Positions 1 to 13,413 of a stretch of DNA of 63,807 bases are shown here, one piece after another. Position 1 is the first letter of the stretch; each line of letters opens with the position of its first letter. The notes beneath the pieces are model-generated. The model saw nothing but the letters and a program-made list of their open reading frames with translations, was not told the DNA's origin and did not search any database. Origin of the DNA: Leucoraja erinacea (taxonomy: Eukaryota); assembly GCF_028641065.1 (NCBI RefSeq), contig NC_073400.1, positions 19,778,194 through 19,842,000 of the forward strand, in the 5' to 3' direction. A program made the position numbers and the translations under genes.

Positions 1-1147
1 GGACTGTGTGCGGATGTGTGCATGGAGAGGTACATGCAACGATGTAGAGAGAGTCACATATGTAGAGAGTTATAATAATACGGTCCATGAGACAGAGATC
101 AACTGATGCATAGAGACTGGGATAGAGATTCTAATTAAAACAAAATGAAAAAGCAAACAAGTCAGAATGTTGGTACGGAAGAGGTCAGTGCAATGTGTTT
201 CTTCTCTGTATGTATCCTCTGTCACATGCAGAACATGCTGCCTATTACCCTATCACAGGCGGGTCTGAGGAGGAGTCAGTTCCTGATCTTTTCACTTATT
301 TTAAATCTCGCATCGCTGAAACATCACTTCAAGATGTGGCACTTTTCTTTGAGGAGGATCCCCTTCCTACTCTGTGCATCCCTCATCGCCGTCTTTGTAG
401 GTAAGTACAGATATTAATGATCAACTCTGGTTATCGATGGGTATGAGGATTGTGCAGGTTTTCCAACCCATTCAACCCATTGTGGTAATTTCCTGGCTTC
501 ATGCTAGCCCAAATGCTGCCACACTGTCATAAAGGTGGGACACACTGGTCTCTCATTCGGTCCATCTCTCTGTCATTCACAGCCCCTCTTCCATTCTGCT
601 GATGTTATCTTTCTTTATCTCTCTCTCTATCGAAACACTCCTTCTCTCACTGACCCTATTTCTGTGCCTCTTTCTCCAGTTCTGTCACTTTCTGCTGGTT
701 CCTGACATCTCTACAAACCTCTCTGTAGTTAACATTGTATTGCCATTTGTGCCTCGCTATCTCTCTCCCTCCCTCCCTCCCTCCCTCCCTCCCTTCAACA
801 ACCTCCCGCCCTCCACCCATTCCACTACTCTCGCTTTACATCCGCAGTCCAGCTCTATTTTTCACTTCACATACTTCTTGTTCAGCAAAGTGTTCTGAGC
901 CTGAACCACTTCCTGCCACCATTTGATGCAATGTTTGACCAAACACCCTCCCTATCAGAACCAGCTCATTGCACCCTGACAGCAGCTTCTGACTTCTACA
1001 GGGCTCTGGGCATTCAGACTATGAGCTCTGATGGATAACAGTAATGAACCCCAACTCCAAGTGAGATGTCTAATAACAGAATGGCACAACACAGCAGAGA
1101 CAGTTCCTTGCACACACACAAATGGAGGAGGAGGAGGGGGAAGATGA

Positions 1148-1182
<35 letters not shown>

Positions 1183-1610
1183 AAGAGAGAGAAACAAAGA
1201 CAGAGAGAGAGGGGTCAATTTGCAGAAGTTAAAAATTGTGTGTCATTGACAATGAGGAGGAGAATGAAGAACTGAGGAGGAGAAATCTGGTCAGCTGGGC
1301 AGGGAAATGAAGTTTACTCCAGAGAGGTGTGTGGTGAGATGTTTGGAGAAGCAAAACAAGGTTGGGAATACACAATAAATGAACCAGCAAATGGTTGGTG
1401 TTTGGAGAGGTTGAAAGCCAGATAATGTCATAGCACTGGGATGAAGGGCCTGATTTAAGATTCATGGGATCCACAGCGACTTGGACATTCAGATTCAGAA
1501 CTGGCTCACTCATAGAAGGTAGAAGGTTGTGGGGGGAGAGTGTTATTCTGGCTGGAGGTCTGTGACCAATGGAGTTCCAAAAGGATCTGTGTTGGGTGTT
1601 CAATATTATA
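1..1610 (+). repeat. Segmental duplicate block A (upstream region, leader exon, start of intron 1); partner ~40362-42110
   Basis: Long near-identical colinear sequence. This copy has an extra GA-rich insert (~1110-1425); the partner has a CR1 insert. Confidence 0.92.
334..400 (+). CDS. Gene 1 exon 1, signal peptide [22 protein letters not shown](A)
   Basis: AAGATGT start context, hydrophobic 22-mer, donor TAG|GTAAGT at 400/401 in phase 1. Conserved in the paralogous copy at 41148-41208. Confidence 0.85.
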
Positions 1611-4600
1611 TATAATATCTATCTCTCCCTCCTAACCCCATTCTCCTGCCTTTTCACCATAACCTCTAACACCTTTGGTATGGCGATATAAGGAACTGCA
1701 AATGCTGGTTTACCAAAAAAAAGAACCAAAGATATAAAGTGCTGGAGTAACTGCTGTGGGCAGCATCTCTGGAGAACATAGATAGGTGACGTTTTATCTT
1801 GGAACCCTTCCCCCGGACTGATTGTGCTGGGAAGTGGGGTGCGCGGGGATAATGTGGAAAAGAACAGTGGCCAGGCAGAAGAGTTCCCTAATATTGGAGA
1901 ATTCTATGGGTTGTAAGCGACAGATGGAATTTGAGGTGCTATTTCCAGTCTGCATGTAGCCTCATTTTGACAATGGAGGAGGTCCAGGACAGAAAGGCCC
2001 AGGTGATTTAAAAATAGTTAGCAGCCAAGAGATGCAGCAGGCCTTGGCAGACCGAGGGCTAGTGCTCGGTAAAATGGTTGCCGAATCTATGCTTCATCCT
2101 GTTGATGTAAAGGAGGCTACATCATAAACACCAGATGCAGTGGATGAGGCTAGACAAAGTGCAGGTGAACTTGTGTTCAACCAATGAAGGCAAATATTCC
2201 GTATACCTTCACCACCAGATCCACCTATGCTGCCACCTGTAGAGATCCTTGGACCGAGTATATCAAGATCCCTCTGTGTTTCAACACTCATTATGACCCT
2301 ACCATTCTTAATATGTTCTAATTCTATAACTTCCCAAAATGGCAAATTTTGCACTTATTAGAAACAAATTCCACCTGTAATCGCTCTGCCCATTTTAACA
2401 ACTGAACAGAGAGTGGTGAATCTCTGGAATTCTCTGCCACAGAAGGTAGTTGAGGCCAGTTCATTGGCTATATTTTTAAAGGGAGTTAGATGTGGCCCTT
2501 GTGGTTAAAGGTATCAGGGGGTATGGAGAGAAGGCAGGTACAGGATACCGTTGGATGATCAGCCATGATCATATTGAATGGCGGTGCAGGCTCGAAGGGC
2601 AGAATGGCCTACTCTTGCACCTATTTTCTATGTTTCTAACAGTATATTCTACAGTCTATGACCATGTTCCGAACAATGACTCCACTGATTTTTTTTTTGT
2701 GTCATCTGCAAACTTACGAATTAAACATTTTTATTGTACTCGGGCAGTAAGAATCCCAACAACAATCCCTGCAGTACACGACTGGTCACAGGGTTCCAAT
2801 AACAAAACCAACCCTCTACCAATATCTTCTGCCTCCAATCACCCAGATAATTTTGCATCCGATTGGCCAATTTTCCCTGGATCATGTGCTCTCACCTTTT
2901 GATCCAGTTTCTTGTGTGGTATTCAGTCACCCACCTGTCCTTACTTCCTCCTTCAGGGATCTGTGTAAGTGCACTCCAGGGGTCTGCTTCTTTCCAGGGA
3001 TCTGCCCCACCATATTACTCACACCCTACCATTTACCCCGTTCCTCCACCATGTTCACTCTCTCCAAACTCACCCCATCCCCCTTCATTTTCAGACCAGG
3101 TCCCATTTGCCGTGTCTGTTCCCCCTGACCCATCCGTCTATATCTGGCTGCCGGCAGTAACTTCTTTCCTCGGCCCCGGTGCAGAATGTCTTCACTCTGT
3201 TCCCCCCGTGGGCTCACTATGTGATGTAGGAACTGTGGGCCGGGTCTCTAACAGAGCCGGGAGCCAGACGATGGGCCGCATGGCCTACTCCTGTGCTCTG
3301 TGATTCTCCCAGCTCCGTTCCTCCTCCAGTCACCGAGCTCTCCTGCTGACTGCCTCTCTTGTCTCCTCAGCTGGGACTGGGGCCGCCGCTGCCAACGTGA
3401 CCGGAGCTCGGGGACACTCGGTCTCCTTACCTGCTGGGATCACAGCTGCACCGGATGTTGACAGCATTGAGTGGAGCCGGACATCACCCAACACCAAGAT
3501 AGCCAAGTGCTCGGCTGAGACTATTGAATACTATACCATCAACTACACGGGACGGGTAACTCTTCACTGCGGGAACTTCAGTCTGGAAATCCGTGATTTA
3601 CGGAGAGATGACGCTGGTGATTACCAGGTGGATGTTATTACACGTTCAGGAGGTGAAACTCGGGCAAGAGTTCGACTGGAGGTGTACGGTGAGTGAGACT
3701 GCCGCGGAAGCCCCCGGCTCCTGAACACTCCCAATTAATGGGCGAGGGCAGATCCTGTGCATTCCCCAGTTTATTGAACCTCACTGACTGCCAGTGTGCA
3801 GAGTGGGGGTCATGGTCCCAGTGTAGTGCCAGGCTGGGGGACAGACCCATCACATCCCGGACGCTGGGCCGTGAAGCATCGAATCGTGAACGGTTCCCAC
3901 GTTCTCACTGCTCCACGGGGAAGGGAATTTCCTTCAGACTCCCTGGTGAATTTTCTGGATGACACACACACCACCCACATTTGTGGAGGGATGGAATGTT
4001 TAGGGATTGGACAGAGGGACTGCTTGGGGTGGTGGTGCCAGTGCTCAGAGTGGCAGAAGGATGATGTTAGGATGGAGGAGGAAGAGCTTAGGCTGCTGGA
4101 CGGTGGGAGTATTTAGGGAAGTGGGTAGGGATCTGATTAAGCAGCTGCTTCAGTTGTAGGTGATGGCAACTTCTCGAGAGATGTTGGAGCTGCACTCACC
4201 CAGGTATTTGAAGAGTGTTCCCTTAAGTGCCTGTCCCACTTTTGCGACCTTTACAAGCAACTGCTGGGACCCGTGATAGGTTGCCAAAATTTTCAACATG
4301 TTGAAAATTCAGCGGCGACCAGAAAGACACTACGACTCTTTGGAGACCTCTCACGACCATACAGGCGACCCCTGGTGACATGTCGCGGGTGCCCACTCAT
4401 GACCATGGGAGACCGCTCGCGACCGTAGTCGTGAGAGGTCTCCAAAGAGTCGTGGCATCTTTCTGGTCATCGCTGAATTTTCAACATGTTGAAAATGTTG
4501 GCGACCTATCACGGTCGTCAGTCGCCTGTAAAGGTCGTGAAAGTGGGACAGGCGCTTTACACTCCTGACGTGCCATGTAGACGGGGAAAGGTCAGGGTGT

Positions 4601-7600
4601 CAGGAAGTGAGTCACTCCTACGGGATACCCAGCCTCAAACTTTCTCCAATAGCCACAGAGCATGTGTAATTAGTATTGTTGAGTTGCTGTTCCGTTGTTT
4701 TGATGATGTGGGACTTGCTGCTGGGAGAATCATTGAGTCTCAAGCACGGGGCTGTCTCCTGCTGACACTTCCATCACGTGGTTGCAAACTTCCCACTTAT
4801 CAGCCACTGCCTGAATGTTCTCTGGGTCCTGCTGCATGCAGTTGAGTTGATAATGGAACTGAACATTGTGCCATCATCAGTCAAATGTTGCAATGCCAGG
4901 AAGGTAATTGATGAAGCAGCTGGTTGAGCCCAGGACACTGCCCTGTGGGACACCTGCAGTGATGACCTGTGGCTCGGTTGACTGACCTCCAATGACCACA
5001 ACCATCTTCCTCCGTGTGAGGTGTGACTCACGTCAGAGTGTTAACCCCTGGATGTTCATTGATTTTAGTTTTACAAGAGCTCCCTAATGTCACTCAGTCA
5101 AACAATGCGTTGATGTTGAGGACAGTCATCCTCGCCTTATCTCTGCAACTCAGCTTTTCGTTCCACTCTTGGACCAAAGGCCTGATGAGATCTTCAGATA
5201 AGATCTTCAGCTTCAGTGAGCAGGTTATTGGTAATTGCTGTCTGATAGAAGTGTCAACAATAGCTTCTCTCACTTTGCTGGTGATCAAGAGTAGACCAAT
5301 TGGAAGGTGATCAGCTGATTGGATTCATCCTGTTTTTGAACAGCAAACATGAGGGGAATTTTCCACATTGTCACTGGATGCCAATGTTGCAAAAACAACT
5401 TGGCCAGACGTGCCACGACTTCAGGAGTACAGGTCTTCAGTACTATAGCTTGGAAGTTGCCTGGAGCTGGATATGTATAGGGGCTCTCTGCTGTTTCCTG
5501 GATAGACTGGATGCGGAGAATATGTTTCCATTAATGATTGAGTCCAGGACCCGAGGCCATAGCCTCAGAATAAAAGGACATATGGTACTTTTGGGGGACC
5601 AGCGTTATGACAGGCAGTTTGCCACTGCTACACGGGTGGTTTTAAACTGAATAAGGGGGGTGGGGTGTCAAATGGGATAGTCGAGGACGGAGTTAAAGAG
5701 AAAGAGAGTAAAGGGATGGTTAATGACCCCAGAATTAACGGGAAAGGAAGCTCACAAAGGGATAGGAGAGTATGGCCAAGTGTAAGAGGGATCGATGTGA
5801 AAGGTGAGATGTGTTAGGAATTAAAAGTTATTGTATATGAATGTGCGAAGTATAAGGAGTAAAGTAGATGAGCTTGAGGCTCAGTTAGAGTAGCAATGTT
5901 ACAAAATTTTGAGATTTAAAAAATCAAGTCTGTAATTTATCCCATCAGATAAAGCATAAAAAGAAGTTTAATTTGGCACCTAATTCACTTTCATATCTCA
6001 AGTATTTAAAAAGTTATGGCCATTTTCATACTCGGAAATTAGCATCTTGTTCCCTATTGATTTTCTATGGACATAACAAAAAAGCTGTGATCGTGAACAG
6101 TCAAAAGCACATAACCTTCTTAAAAATTAAGAGAACTGAATGAAATTTCAGTTATCATAGATTGAAGCATTCTGAAACAAATATAAAATAATCTTACTCG
6201 GATGACCTGAAATTAAAGCATATAATTAGTTAGTTACCCACTTGTAGCTAATTTCAAACTTCAATTACTAGATCTAAACATCTATCCATTTCTTAATAAA
6301 TGATTAACATTTTTAAATAGCCTAAGTGTCCAAATAATATTCACAAATAATTCACAATAAAACATGATTTTTAAATCTCATTTACATTAATTTATAGGCC
6401 AAATGGAAGGAATTTAGTGTTCAACTGCTGTGAATTAAAGTCCATTTTAAATCCGCTTTCTTGTGGGATCCTGTGAACGCGCTGGTTTAGAACGTTCACA
6501 TTGTGGTAGATTTGTGCTCTCAAATGCCCAGAAAAATACTGCGGGATATAATGGGCCCAAAATTAGCTACTCGCAATATTAAACTTTGTATAAAGTGATC
6601 TTAAGAAGCCCTTTTTAATGTAAAAAAATACTGCTACCCTTCAGATTTCTGCTCTATAGCTGGTTGCGAGCCGTCGGGGGTTTAGAGGTTAATTTTTAAA
6701 CTACTATAGCACTTAGGAAAAACTCGTAAAACTAATAATAGCTCATGTGAGGGAACCTACCAGCGAATTTTCGTTAATAATTAACTAGGCTGAACAAACT
6801 CGATTTGAACAGCCTAGAGAAAATCACGTTTTAAACCCGCCCCCCTCTAAACGGCGCCAAAATCGAGCACACGGGCTGGGACAGATTTTCAGTGACGCTT
6901 CAGGTACGCTTTGCAACATACCTAGTTAGAGGTTGGTAGATATGACATTGTGGAGATTACTGAGACGTGGCTGCAGGTGGATCGAGCCTGGGAACTTAAT
7001 ATTCAGGGTTATACATCCTATAGAAAGGACAGGCAGGTGGGCAGAGGAGGGGGAGTAGCTCGGCTGGTGAGGGATGGAATTCAGTCCCTTGCGAGGGAAG
7101 ACATAGGGACTGACGAGGTAGAAGTCTCATAATTGGTGTCAGGGACAGATACACCTGCCACTGGTAGCCTGGGTGGCCAGGTGGAGGTGCTACCAACCCA
7201 TTCCCATGGTGGACATTGAAATCCCCACCTAGAGGACATTCTGGCCTTTGCTGCTCTCAGGACATTTTCTAAGTGTCGTCCAACATGAGGGAGAGCCAGC
7301 TCATCCGCTGAGGATTGAGGGCAGTGATCAGGAGATTTCCCTGCCCATGTATCTGCTTTCAGTGAGGGTGACTCTGCAACCCCAGATCTCTGCTCTGTCC
7401 CTTTTGACAGTTTCTCCATTCTAACTACTTGGTTCCCCTCTCGGAATGTGTCCCATCACAAGACTGGGAATAACTTACTATTTACACCCCCGATTTGTGA
7501 GCTGTTTCAGTCTCTGTGGGGGAGACGGTGTGGGACCCAGGATCTGCATGGTGCTGGATTCACTCTGGAACATGGCACACTATCCCAGTCTGGGTCTACG

Positions 7601-10600
7601 CCCATCACAGTCCCAGGGCTGACACTCTTGGACCAGGTCCAGGACCGGCCTGGGCTGGGTCACACTCAGGTGCATAAGGGACACAGGGACCATTTGCAGA
7701 ATTGAAAAAAACCCTGCATCTGGATAGAATCTCCAGGTTCAATCATCCGTGATTGAATGGCGGAGTGGATTTGATGGGCCAAATGGTTTAATTCTACTCC
7801 TATCACATGATACAGAGCCATAAACAGGACATGGTGGATAGTTGGTGGATGATTGCGGGCAGTAGTAGTTGGAAAGGGGGCGCATCACGTGTGGACTTTG
7901 TGCAGCAACAACTCGCTGAACTGAAGGGGGGGGGGGGAAAGAGTTAAACTGGTAGGTGGAAATGAGCTGGGATCGGATTAAAGTTCACCTGTGGCTGTTG
8001 GAGACGGGGTGTTGGGTATTGTGGGGCCCACATGGACCTCCTTTACTCATCTTTCTTCTCTCTGCCCCAACCTCAGAGCCCGTGGAAGGAACACAGATTA
8101 AGGCTCAGAACATCACCGGGATCTGCAACCTGACCTGCTCCGTTACCTCAGGCGACCCCACCAGCTTCAGGTGGTGGAGGGGACAAGAACCTCTGGGAAA
8201 TGACAGCACCCACCACGTCTCGCAACATGGAGAGACGGTAGAGGTTCATCACACAGCAGGGGTCGGGGACGTTGAGTACAGATGTGAGGCCAGGAACCTG
8301 GTCAGTGAGGGCACGGCACAGATCCTGCTGACAGACAACTGCAAACAGGCCACATTTGGTGAGAGAAACACACTGCTGATACTGGAAATGTGTAATAAAA
8401 ACAAAAAATATCGGAAACACTCCGAAGATTCTACATCCAATGATATGAGAGAAAGATAAACAACAGTCCAGTTCGAAGATTTTATGTCAGCAATTGGAAA
8501 CGTTAGAAATCAAATGTATTTTATGTGACAGAGGTGGAATCGGAAATACAAAGAGAATGCCAATGATAGCGACAGAGAGACACACATAACAGAGGCGATG
8601 GTGGTGCTGGCTGAGAGATGGTGAATACTTGTTTTCTGTACAGAACCTGATTGTAGAAGGTGCAATTACGAGATGAATTACAGAAGAGAGAAAACAATCC
8701 ATGCTGGAACTGTAGGATTCCAAACTTTTATTCAACATCACGCTGAACAGACCTGCAAGCTTAGGTGTGTCCAAAATACAAAAAGAGAAATAGCAATTAG
8801 AATCTACACGAAATAAGTTAGCTCCAAAGAGAGAGTCACTGAGGGAAGAGATGTGTCTTAGGGCACTTTGTTACAAATAAGAAAGAACAGAAACTAATGA
8901 AGGTGCACTGTTAATAGATTTCCATAAAGCATTTGATGGAGATGTTCCATCAAAAGTTATTGAAGAAAATAAAAGCTTGTAGGTCAGCAGGATTTGTGTT
9001 GGAATGAACAGAAGGCTGGCAGGATAACAGGTAACAGAGTAGGTATAAATGAACAACATATAATATTGCCATAGGGCTTGTTCTGGAGCCTCCACTAGTA
9101 TATGAATTTTAACATGGCTCGTGTAAAAGGCCCAAAATGTAGGAAAGTAAGATATGAAGTGGACATAAGGTAATTATTAAAGGATAATAAGGCAAGATAA
9201 GTGAGCGGGCAAGGATCTAACAAATGTAGAATAACATGGTAAATTGTTTAATAACAAAGAAGCACATTACCCAACTAGTAAGTGATTGCAGTCATAACGT
9301 CATACAGACGTTAGGTCAAAGACTATGACTGAAGACGAGTCTTCAACCTAAAATGTTAACTGTTTCTCTTGCCACAGATGCGGCCTGACCTTCTAACTAT
9401 TTTCAGCATTTTTGGTTTTTACTTAAGAATGCAGCTGGAACTGAACAATTTAAGGCCCTCTTTAATCCTGCTTGATGTGTGTTTATAATGTCTCTCAAGC
9501 TCTGCTGACCCAGCAAGGGAGTAAATAAAATAATATTTACGTGTGTTGTTCACATAGGGAGAAAATAAAGCCATATTTGTGAATATAACATTGTCGTGTT
9601 TATCTCCACCTGGTGCTGCTTCATGTCCTCTGCGCTCCTCAGTAAACCAGGGTTGACCCCCCTCGGTGACAGGAATGGTGGCGTGAACCATGAGGTTACA
9701 GTCTGCGTGGTGGACAGTTCTGCTGCTGTCCACAGGAACGCATAGACCCCAGTTGTCAGCTGCATGATCTATTCTGAGCCTCTCCCACTGAGCTCAATTG
9801 TAGGTGCCACACAATATGATGGGGATGAGCCTTTGGTGTGAAGACCAGACTTGTCTCCACAAGGACTGTACAGTGATAAGTCTCATCATTGGTGTCAGGG
9901 ACAGATGCACCTGCCACTGGTAGCCTGGGGATGGCCAGGTCAGGCCAGATTATCCCTGGTCGCAGCCCACCATGGCCCGCTGTCCCTCAGGAGTTGGAGG
10001 CTCAGTCTGTGGAGGTGCTACCAACCCACTCCCATGTTGGACATTGAAATCCCCACCTAGAGGACGTTCTGGCCTTTGCTGGTCTCAGGACGCATTCTAA
10101 GTGTGGTCCAACATGGGGTAGAGCTAGTTCATCTGCTGAGGATGGGGGGGGGGGGGGGCAGTGATCAGGAGATTTCCCTGCCCATGTATCTGCTTTCAGT
10201 GAGGGTGACTCTGCAGCCCCAGATCTCTGCTCTGTCCATTTTGACATTTTTTCATTCTGACAACTTGGTTCCCCTCTCAGAATGTGTCCCATCACAAGAC
10301 TGGGAACAACTTGCTATTTACACCCCCGATTTGTGAGCTGTTTCAGTCTCTGTGGGGGAGACGGTGTGTGACCCAGGATCTGCATGGTGCTGGATTCACT
10401 CTGGAACATGGCACACTATCCCAGTCTGGGTCTGTGCTCATCACAGTCACAGGGCTGACACTCTTGGATCAGGTTCAGGACCGGTCTGGGCTGGGTCACA
10501 CTCAGGTGCACAAGGGACGCAGGGACCTTTTGAGGAAGTGAAAAAAAACCCTGCGCCTGGAGAGAATCCCCAGGTTCAATCATCCATGATTGAATGGTGG

Positions 10601-13366
10601 AGTAGATTTGATGGGCCAAATGGTTTAATTCAACTCCTATCACTTAAGATACAGAGCCATAAGCAGGACATGGTGGAGAGTTGGTGGATGTGAAGAGGGC
10701 GCATCACGTGTGGACTTCTCACAGCAACAACTCGCTGAACTGAGGGGGGGGGGGGGGGGGCAGGGAAGAGTTAAACTGGTGGGTGGAAATTAGCTGGGAG
10801 TGGCTTAATGTTGACGTGGCTCTTGGAGCCGGGGTGTTGGGTATCGTGGGGTCCACAAGGATCTCCTTTACTCATCTTTCTTCTCTCTACCCCATCCTCA
10901 GAGCCCGTGACAGGAACACAGATTAAGATTCAGAACATCACCGGGATTTGCAAGCTGACCTGCTCCGTGACCTCTGGCGACCCCACCAGCTTCAGGTGGT
11001 GGAGGGGAGGAGAACCTCTGGGAAACGGCACCATCCATCGCCCCCGGCGACACGGAGAGACGATAGAGGTTCATCACACAGCAGGGGTCGGGGACGTTGA
11101 GTACAAGTGTGAGGCCAGCAACCTGGTCAGTGAGGGCACGGCCCAGATCTGGCTGACGGACGACTGCAAACAGGCCACATCGGGTGAGTGAAACACACTG
11201 CTGATTTTGGAAATATGCAATAAAAACAGAAGATATTGGAAATGCTCCAACGGTTCAAAAGCCAATGATATGAGAGAAAGATAACCAACATTCCAGGTCG
11301 ATGATTTTATGTCAGAAATTGGAAAAATTAGAAATCAAATGTATTTTATGTGACAGAAAGGTGGAATCGGAAATACTGAGAGAATGCCAATGATAGCGAC
11401 AGAGAGACACACACATAACAGAGGCGATGGTGATGCTGGCTGAGAGATGGTGAATACTTGTTTTCTGTACAGAACCTGGCTGTAGAAGGTGCAAATAGGA
11501 GATGAATTACAGAAGAGAGAAAGAAATCCATGCTGGAACTGTAGGATTCCAAACTTTTATTCAACATCATGCTGAACAGACCTGAAAGCTTGGGTGGGTC
11601 CAAAATACAAAAAGTGAAATTGCAATTTGAATCTATGTGAAATAAGTTAGCTCCAGAGAGAATCACTGAGGGAAGAAATGTGTCTTAGGGCACTTTGTTA
11701 CAAACAAGAAGGAACAGAAACTAATGAAGGTGCACTGTTATTAGATTTCCATAAGGCATTTCATGGAGATGTTCCATCAAACGTTATTGAAGAAAATAAA
11801 AGCTTGTAGTGCAGCAGAATTTGTGTTGGAGTGAACAGAAGACTGGCAGGATAACAGGAAACAGAGTAGGCATAAATGAACAACATATAATATTGCCAAA
11901 GGGCTCGTTCTGGAGCCTCCACCAGTATATGAATTTTAACATGACTCGTGTAAAAGGCCCAAAACGTAGGAAAGTAAGTTATGAATGAGCATAAGGTAAT
12001 TATTAAAGGCTAATAAGGCAAGTTAAGTGAGCGGGCAAGGATCTAACAAATGTAGAATAATGTGGGTAACATGTTCAGACTGAAGAAGGGTTTCGATCCG
12101 AAATGTTGCCTAATTCCTTCGCTCCATAGATGTTGCCTAACCCGCTGAGTTTCTCCAGGATTTTTGTCTACATTTGATTTTCCAGCCTCTACAGTTCCTT
12201 CTTAAACATACATATAACTACAATCAAGCTATACACAATCAAAAGAAAAATACCGGAATGCAGAATATATATTTGCAGCATTGTAATGTTAGTTTCAAAG
12301 AAAAAGTCCAATGTTGGCAATGTGGTAGATTGCAAGATCAGGATTATACCTGGCTTATGGGTGGACCATTCAGTAGTTTGACTCCTGAGTTAGAGTCCTG
12401 AGGCTGGTAGTGTGTGGTTGTAAATGTTTGTATAGTCTGCCCAATGGGACCAGTACTTGATCCATAGCTTTCTAGCCTTGGAAATGTATGCCCTTGCCCA
12501 GAGGCTTTAATACTGTGAGAATATTTGCCCCACCACCTTCTTAGGGAGTGTGTTTCAGATTTTGTCTGCCCTCCAGGCGAAACAAATCTTCCACAGATCC
12601 TCTATAACCTTTCACTACTCTCCTTAAATATATATCTTCTATTAGAAAAATCTATTCACACTACAGGACTCAAAATTAACGATTGCCTGGGTGCCATTGA
12701 CCACTCAAAGCGCCGCCAGGCAACCAAACACCGAGTCATTTTACCCGGCTTGGCAACCAGATACTGGTTTGTACCAAAGATAGACACAAAAAACTGGAGT
12801 AACTCAGCATGTCAGGCAGCATCTCAGGAGAAAGGGAACGAGACGTTTTGTGTCGGCGGTGACGGCTGTATTGCGTGAGAAAGATACTAGGTGTGTGGTG
12901 ACGAAGGGTCGAAGCGAATGACGGGCACCGAACAGCGGCTCCATCTCCTCCTCCTCCCGCACCCCGCCCGCCCTGATAGCGGCCGCTACTTGCAAATGCG
13001 CTAACGGCGCTTAAAAAAAACCACTCCCGCACGCCGAGGTTGGGAGGAGGGAGGGAGGAGGCCTCGGCATGCGGGAGGGTTTGTTTTGAAAGCGGTTATC
13101 GCCGTTAGCAGGTTTGCAAGCAGCGGCCGCTATCAGGGAGGAGGAGGAGATGGAGCTGCTGCCGCTGCTGTGCAGGACCCGTCATTCGCTCCGACACTTC
13201 TGAAGCAGCTGCACCAAAGATACTATAACTATAGGATCTTCGAGCTGCACAGCTCGGCCCCGTTGGCCGGCGGAGGAGGGAGGCGGTGGCAAGGAATTCC
13301 CAATGGCCTAAGCAGCGGGACTATGTTGTCCGAGGAGCGCTGACCTTCCTTCCCCCAACTCGCCCC

Positions 13367-13413
<47 letters not shown>

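Noticed and set aside
145-333. In-frame upstream ATGs extending the gene 1 leader to 90 aa
   Set aside because: The extension is interrupted by the CR1 insertion in the paralog and would bury the signal peptide; ATG 334 has the better context.
3271-3303. ATG (MGRMAYSCAL*) near the V exon as an alternative leader
   Set aside because: It resembles the CR1/SINE 3' tail (ATGGCCTACTCCTG), stops quickly and has no donor; 334-400 is a far better signal peptide.
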